Source: Octopus bimaculoides
Taxonomy: Eukaryota
DNA length: 43,165 nt
Assembly (NCBI RefSeq): GCF_001194135.2
Contig: NC_068985.1
Coordinates: 100,714,643-100,757,807 of the forward strand
Reading direction: 5' to 3'
Made by a program: the position numbers and the translations under genes. This document shows positions 37,292 through 43,165 of this stretch, one piece after another. Position 1 is the stretch's first letter; the number at the start of each line of letters is the position of its first letter. Under the pieces are notes generated by a model. It had not been told where the DNA came from and did not search any database. It saw only the letters and a list, made by a program, of their open reading frames with translations.

Positions 37292-39335
37292 TTATTTAGA
37301 TGAATAATCTAGCGAAGGATTTGTACAGGGTGAAGCGGGTTTACCGATACGTACAAAAGACAAAGATGTCATATGTAGACAAAAATCTCTGTTCTCATAT
37401 TTTCTATTAAGAAGAAGTGGTTTAGCCGTGAGAATTTCGAGGCGTTCGGCTAAACAGAGATCGCACCGTCTATTGGTAGAGTTGTAAGAAGTTGTTTTTG
37501 CGAGTATGCGCCACTCTAATCTATATTCTATTTTTTATTTGTCATTAAGCTCCCAGATATTATTCAACCATATGAGCCTTGTTGAATGTGCCTTACTTTT
37601 ATTTCTAAAACTAGATTTGTGTGCGTTGTATCTAAATATCATTTGGTTTTTCGTAGCTCCGATATACGATTGTGTAGGGCTATTTGTGTGTACGTTACAT
37701 CAGTAAACTACGTTTTTAGTATTACATCTATTAGAGAATTGGCACTTACATTTCTATCCCTCAGCCACATTAGAGGTGCTTCATAAGTGCTGGGATTTCT
37801 TCTATTAGTCTGCTGTTTGTTAGATTTAGTGTTCCCAATTTTCCTAGCTTGATAGAATGTGTTTAATGTTTTATTATCAATCGAGGCTATGATGGTAGCT
37901 AGGTTACTAGTCAGGCTGCGGCCTACTCTAATTTTATTCCTAAATACTGCTGCATATTTATAATGTACGTTTAAGTGTTTATCTATTATTTTCATAAATG
38001 GGCGAACTATATTGGATTTGAGGTGAATGGCGAAAGGGATTACGAGCCAAATCTTATCACTATTACGTTTATTGTTTGTATTGCTATGTCTGTTATAGAA
38101 ACTACCCTCATTGTTTGTAAGGCGTGTGAAATTATAGTTATGGCTATCGAGTTTATTACTATAGTTGTTTTATCTTCACTATTGCCCCTGGCTGTTTTAT
38201 TGGGGCTATTTCTGTATGGTTTATGTGGACTCAATGACCTGGTGTTATGGTTTTTAACAGGGTTTATCTTTCTTCTTTGAGGCTCTTTATTTTTATCCGT
38301 ATCGATGTGTAGTTTTACATTATTCTTATAATTGCTATTATTATTTTTCAACTTATTTTTATAATACGTGTTATAAGTCTTGTTGATGTTGTTAATTTTA
38401 TTGATTATCCCATTGTTGGTAATTTTGTTGTCGTTGTTTGTAATATTATTGGTGATTTGTGTATGGGGCTTAACATTGTTTCTATTGCTATTATTTTTGT
38501 TGAGCTTATCTATGCTGTTCTTATTGTTGGTGTAGGTTGTAATAACATTTGGTGTGTGGTTAGTGTTAATGGTATTATCGTGTGGATTTCTATTATGTAG
38601 GTTATTTGTATAGTGATTTGGGTCTAGGCATTAAGTTTTTTTGCTTAAATCGCGCTTTATCTAGTGCGATGTTATAGATTTTCTTATGCTTATTACAAAA
38701 TATGTTGGTTGGAAGATAGGCGTGATATTCTATTGCTAATACTATGTACTAGACTTCTCTTAATAAAGTTCGGATGGTTACTGGATACGTTTATGTATTT
38801 GATGTTAGTGCTCGGTTTTATATTGGGTTCGTGGTTTTATATACGGTTGTGTTTCTTTTTTATAGAAATAGATAATCCAAATCTTTTAAAGAATCTGTGT
38901 TGTTTTTTCTTGATAAGCTCTACTTACCTTTTTGAGAGTTTTTTTTAAAGCGCGTCGTCCCTCTATATTCCACCATTGAGTACTGGGAATTCTTCCTGTA
39001 TGTATGATAGCATATAGATGCCCACCAGGTCAGTTACATGTGCTGAATCTGGGGCTCGCATGGCAATATCAAAAGAGTTAGGGTTAGGGTTAGGGTCAAA
39101 GTTTATTTTCAAAGCTTATAACTGATTTCCTCACTTCTAATATTACTTTAATTTCCTTCATATTTAACTAAGTGTGATTTTTCACGAATATCAGGGCGCT
39201 ATTTAGGATCGCAGTGGCAATTGAGGAGTAGTAATCTACTATGTCTATCTCTATGAATTTGTAGTTACTCGTGTTCTGTATATTGGAGGACCAGTTTAGG
39301 GCTTCAACTGTGTTGGGCCATAATGATAGTAGAAT
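37292..39335 (-). mobile_element. 5'-truncated Penelope-like element: RT, thumb, Asn-rich linker and GIY-YIG endonuclease (pseudogenised)
   Basis: RT: WPNTVEALNW...FIEIDIVDYYSSI (motif A Asp at 39243-39245)...RKSVISFENKL; FDIAMRAPDSAHVTDLVGIY; GGI*RDDAL (YRDD, TAG at 38963-38965). Thumb: FFKRFGLSISI; IKPSTNIKYINVSSNHPNFIKRSLVHSISNRISRLSSN; YNIALDK. Post-linker: KIWLVIPFAIHLKSNIVRPFMKIIDKH. Endonuclease: KNVVY*...SYIGATK..FRYNAHKSSFRN..ST...IWEL...EWRIL...RCDLCLAE...LNRKYE...C. Stop at 37292-37294. Confidence 0.93.
39078..39096 (+). repeat. Interstitial telomere-type repeat (TTAGGG)3
   Basis: Perfect ttagggttagggttagggt located within the PLE RT coding region. Confidence 0.85.
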
Positions 39336-39346
39336 TTGCAAAATGG

Positions 39347-39652
39347 TTCAGTAGAAAAAAGTTTCAGTCACATATCTGTAGTCACAAACGGGAGAAGAAC
39401 GCCAGAAATCGAATTTGACTAAAAATATTTTTAAAGAAATGCATATTTTACTTTAGCGGATACGATAGATCGCGACGAAATGAAGCTATCCATATTAGTT
39501 ATGTGCAAAAATATTCAGTAGAAAAAATGTATTGAGGTAAAAACCACCGAAAAGAAAAGAACGAGTTTAATGCATGAAATCGATTTTGACTCAAAATATT
39601 ATTCTTGCAAAAGAAAATTATATTTAAATTTAACTTTTCTGATAGATCCCGA
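39347..39652 (+). repeat. Ancient approx. 170-bp tandem duplication (two diverged units)
   Basis: Three collinear shared blocks: ttcagtagaaaaaa (39347/39514), gaaatcga(a/t)tttgact(a/c)aaaatatt (39405/39576) and gatagatc(g/c)cgac (39464/39641). Confidence 0.7.
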
Positions 39653-40269
39653 CAGCAGGAATCCCATGATGCTAATTACAGCAAAAATAAAATATTTAAA
39701 ATAAAAACTACTGGGGCCAAATGCCGAAAACAGTGGTAAAGCCTAAAGGTAAACTCAAAACCTAATCAAAATTGCTAGTTCTAAAATATCCTTAAGAGAT
39801 CAACGCTGTTCGTAATTTTTAGGATGTACGTGTGCATCGTTAACCAGCTAGAGGCGATATATTCTTGGGGTTACAAAATAGCAGTAGAATTCGTTCGAAC
39901 GGACAATCATGATAAAATGACTACGAATATTACTTGTCAGTACAACTACTGCGTTGATCTCTTAAAAGAAATTAAGAACTAGCATTTTTGCTTGTAGCAA
40001 AATCAGCGACTGTGTGTTCGCTTGAAATATATGTTTTCTGAGCAGAAACAAGCTACTTCCATCTCTAGGAGACTCGTGCCAGATTTTTTTTGATTTTCGC
40101 TTATTTGTATCCGTGAGTTCAAATTTATTATATACTTAATGTTTTATCTTTATTGTTGCACTTGTTGGAATTGAACTGTTGTTTATTTGTTAAAATTTAG
40201 TGTAGTGTATTGTAGTGTACAAAACGTACAGTATGAAAGAAAAGACAATTACCAGACCTATCAAGACCT

Positions 40270-40692
40270 ACCAAAAACTGAGCAAATATAAAGATCTGGA
40301 AATGGAAATTAGCAAAATGTGGAACCTGAAGACTAAAACAATACCTATTGTCATAGGTGTCCTGGGAATGACACCGAAACGGTCTGATTACTACCTAGCT
40401 CAGATACCAGGAAACCCCAAAATGGTTGAAGTTCAAAAGATAGTGCTCATGGGAACTGCCCATATCCTACGTAAAATATTGTCTATGTGATCTCAAATTT
40501 TAAAACAAACACATAATTTTCTTATGGTTTCTTAAACATTCCCTAGAAAAACACTGTACAAATCCAAATATATGATACCCTAGGCATAACACCTACATGG
40601 ACTTCTAACTTGTTGTCTCTTGAGGTCTCTGGGTGAGACTTGAATCCAACTTGTACAAATGCAAAGCAAAAGTCAAACATAAAATAATAATG

Positions 40693-40751
<59 letters not shown>
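40270..40751 (+). mobile_element. 5'-truncated R4/Dong-clade non-LTR retrotransposon 3' end with (AAT)n tail
   Basis: KLSKYKDLEMEISKMWNLKTKTIPIVIGVLGMTPKRSDYYLAQIPGNPKMVEVQKIVLMGTAHILRKILSM* (stop at 40488-40490), an approx. 190-bp 3' UTR, then (AAT)n at approx. 40683-40751. Confidence 0.88.
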
Positions 40752-41197
40752 CACCGAGGAGATTGATCTCTGGACTAAAACAATAAGTATAACATTGGCA
40801 AAATGAAACAATCCCCGTTCTGTGGAATGTGTTTTGGTAAGTTAGCAGAGCGAGAGAATAGAAAAGGACATGAATATGCAACCAAATATATATCCACCGG
40901 ATGATGAATGAGAAATGCAGTTATGATAATGCAGCTAAATGGAATGAGCAGAAACGAGAGGCGGCATTAGAAAATCCCACACACAAAAAAAAGCTTTTGT
41001 GTGAGTTCACTATGCAATGTAATATAATGATTCAGGAAGAGAAGAGAGATATTGAAGGTGTTAACATGACAGAAAAAAGTGGCCCGAATTATCGATATCG
41101 CTATGTAATACGGACTTCTAACTCATAACGTAAAGAGGGACGACATGCTGCCAGGCATTTTGCCTTGGAAGCAAATAGTTCTGGCAGCTCGCCGCCT

Positions 41198-41199
<2 letters not shown>

Positions 41200-41252
<53 letters not shown>
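41200..41252. repeat. (AAT)n microsatellite
   Basis: Seen directly. Confidence 0.95.
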
Positions 41253-41253
<1 letters not shown>

Positions 41254-42760
41254 TAAAGTTTCTGTCATTAGATACATCTAGTATTGCATTAAATTATCTG
41301 AATCATGATCCATTGAGCTGCAAGTTCTTTTCCTTCCATATTCTAATGAATATTAATGGTATTGTGTGCCCATATATAAACAACGTTTATTGATACATGC
41401 CATGCGTAAATATCTTGAGTCCATATGAGGTTCCATCTTTTTTCTTCTCAGGCAATGAGTGAGGCGGATTTCAAATTAGTCGTAAAATCTGTCCAAAGTT
41501 TTGCCTGAGATGCTGTTAAAGAAATTTCATATATTATTAATTTATCTTTCAGCTTCATTGGACGTCTTCAACTGTTCGCTCAATACAGTCTTCCTATTTT
41601 ATGTCATATATTCCATTACGATGAATGATTCTTTTTTCCTCTCTTATCGGAATACCAAAACTTCCAATACTTCTCAATATTAAAATAGAATTTATCGAAC
41701 AAACTGAGAAAAACAGGACTATATACGAGCATATACACACATGCGTGCACAATCTCACAGTGCTTTGTGTTTGCGTATATATATGTATATATATATATAT
41801 ATATATNNNNNNNNNNNNNNNNNNNNNNNNNNNNNNNNNNNNNNNNNNNNNNNNNNNNNNNNNNNNNNNNNNNNNNNNNNNNNNNNNNNNNNNNNNNNNN
41901 NNNNNNNNNNNNNNNNNNNNNNNNNNNNNNNNNNNNNNNNNNNNNNNNNNNNNNNNNNNNNNNNNNNNNNNNNNNNNNNNNNNNNNNNNNNNNNNNNNNN
42001 NNNNNNNNNNNNNNNNNNNNNNNNNNNNNNNNNNNNNNNNNNNNNNNNNNNNNNNNNNNNNNNNNNNNNNNNNNNNNNNNNNNNNNNNNNNNNNNNNNNN
42101 NNNNNNNNNNNNNNNNNNNNNNNNNNNNNNNNNNNNNNNNNNNNNNNNNNNNNNNNNNNNNNNNNNNNNNNNNNNNNNNNNNNNNNNNNNNNNNNNNNNN
42201 NNNNNNNNNNNNNNNNNNNNNNNNNNNNNNNNNNNNNNNNNNNNNNNNNNNNNNNNNNNNNNNNNNNNNNNNNNNNNNNNNNNNNNNNNNNNNNNNNNNN
42301 NNNNNNNNNNNNNNNNNNNNNNNNNNNNNNNNNNNNNNNNNNNNNNNNNNNNNNNNNNNNNNNNNNNNNNNNNNNNNNNNNNNNNNNNNNNNNNNNNNNN
42401 NNNNNNNNNNNNNNNNNNNNNNNNNNNNNNNNNNNNNNNNNNNNNNNNNNNNNNNNNNNNNNNNNNNNNNNNNNNNNNNNNNNNNNNNNNNNNNNNNNNN
42501 NNNNNNNNNNNNNNNNNNNNNNNNNNNNNNNNNNNNNNNNNNNNNNNNNNNNNNNNNNNNNNNNNNNNNNNNNNNNNNNNNNNNNNNNNNNNNNNNNNNN
42601 NNNNNNNNNNNNNNNNNNNNNNNNNNNNNNNNNNNNNNNNNNNNNNNNNNNNNNNNNNNNNNNNNNNNNNNNNNNNNNNNNNNNNNNNNNNNNNNNNNNN
42701 NNNNNNNNNNNNNNNNNNNNNNNNNNNNNNNNNNNNNNNNNNNNNNNNNNNNNNNNNNNN

Positions 42761-42794
<34 letters not shown>

Positions 42795-43165
42795 TATATC
42801 GAAGTACAAATTGGCAGGAATAAAGCTTCATATATATGTGTGTGTGTGTGTGTATGTGTGTATGTGTATAGATCTATTCACACATACATAAATACATAGA
42901 TGTATCTTTATATAGGCCTGTGTGCATCAGGTTGAATTAAAACGTCATGCCTAACTGATTTCAATATTGAGAATTGTACTGAATATATATGCTCCTATAT
43001 GAATATTCAGAAAATACTAGACGATATATGGGAATGTGTTTGTGTGAGTGTTTGGGGGCATATGTGGATGTACAAGTTAATGGTATCGAAACGAGGAAAA
43101 CTCTCAATGTAAATAGAGTGTGAATAATCTAATTGTGTATATGTATATATATATATATATATATA

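Noticed and set aside
37355-37382. Apparent degenerate YIDD-like RT motif on the minus strand
   Set aside because: It lies in the GIY-YIG C-terminal frame (FCLHMTSL); the true RT motif is YRDD at 38954-38965.
41147-41188. Hairpin as a miR-22/miR-745-family pre-miRNA (GAGCUGCCA on the minus strand)
   Set aside because: The hairpin is only 42 nt, the seed-like sequence is on the 5' arm and similarity stops after 9 nt.

Overview
This is AT-rich, repeat-dominated eukaryotic genomic DNA. The SINE, LINE and mariner families and the TA/TG/AAT microsatellites match my recollection of octopus (cephalopod) repeats; this organism call is an inference, not a database match. About 4.3 kb (roughly 10%) is N, in nine gaps (approx. 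2332-2458, 3488-4097, 7154-7303, 8141-8663, 13890-14673, 24437-25179, 29927-30121, 36324-36542, 41807-42760), mostly bordered by (TA)n. I could not support any host protein-coding gene, tRNA, rRNA or CRISPR array, so the window reads as intergenic or as part of a very large intron. Long entries in the ORF track are gap or microsatellite artefacts. Supported content: (i) a decayed 5'-truncated Penelope-like element (PLE) on the minus strand (approx. 39335-37292) with RT motifs and a GIY-YIG endonuclease. It carries an approx. 190-aa Asn-rich linker and a (TTAGGG)3 tract inside the RT coding region. (ii) Two minimal type I hammerhead-like motifs in PLE-type terminal sequences. (iii) Two 5'-truncated R4/Dong-clade non-LTR retrotransposon 3' ends next to (TAA)n. 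(iv) Four Tc1/mariner transposase relics, one with both TIRs still detectable. (v) About ten tRNA-derived SINEs from three families, one apparently chimeric. (vi) Several local duplications and palindromes. All translations and alignments were done by eye, so boundaries are approximate.
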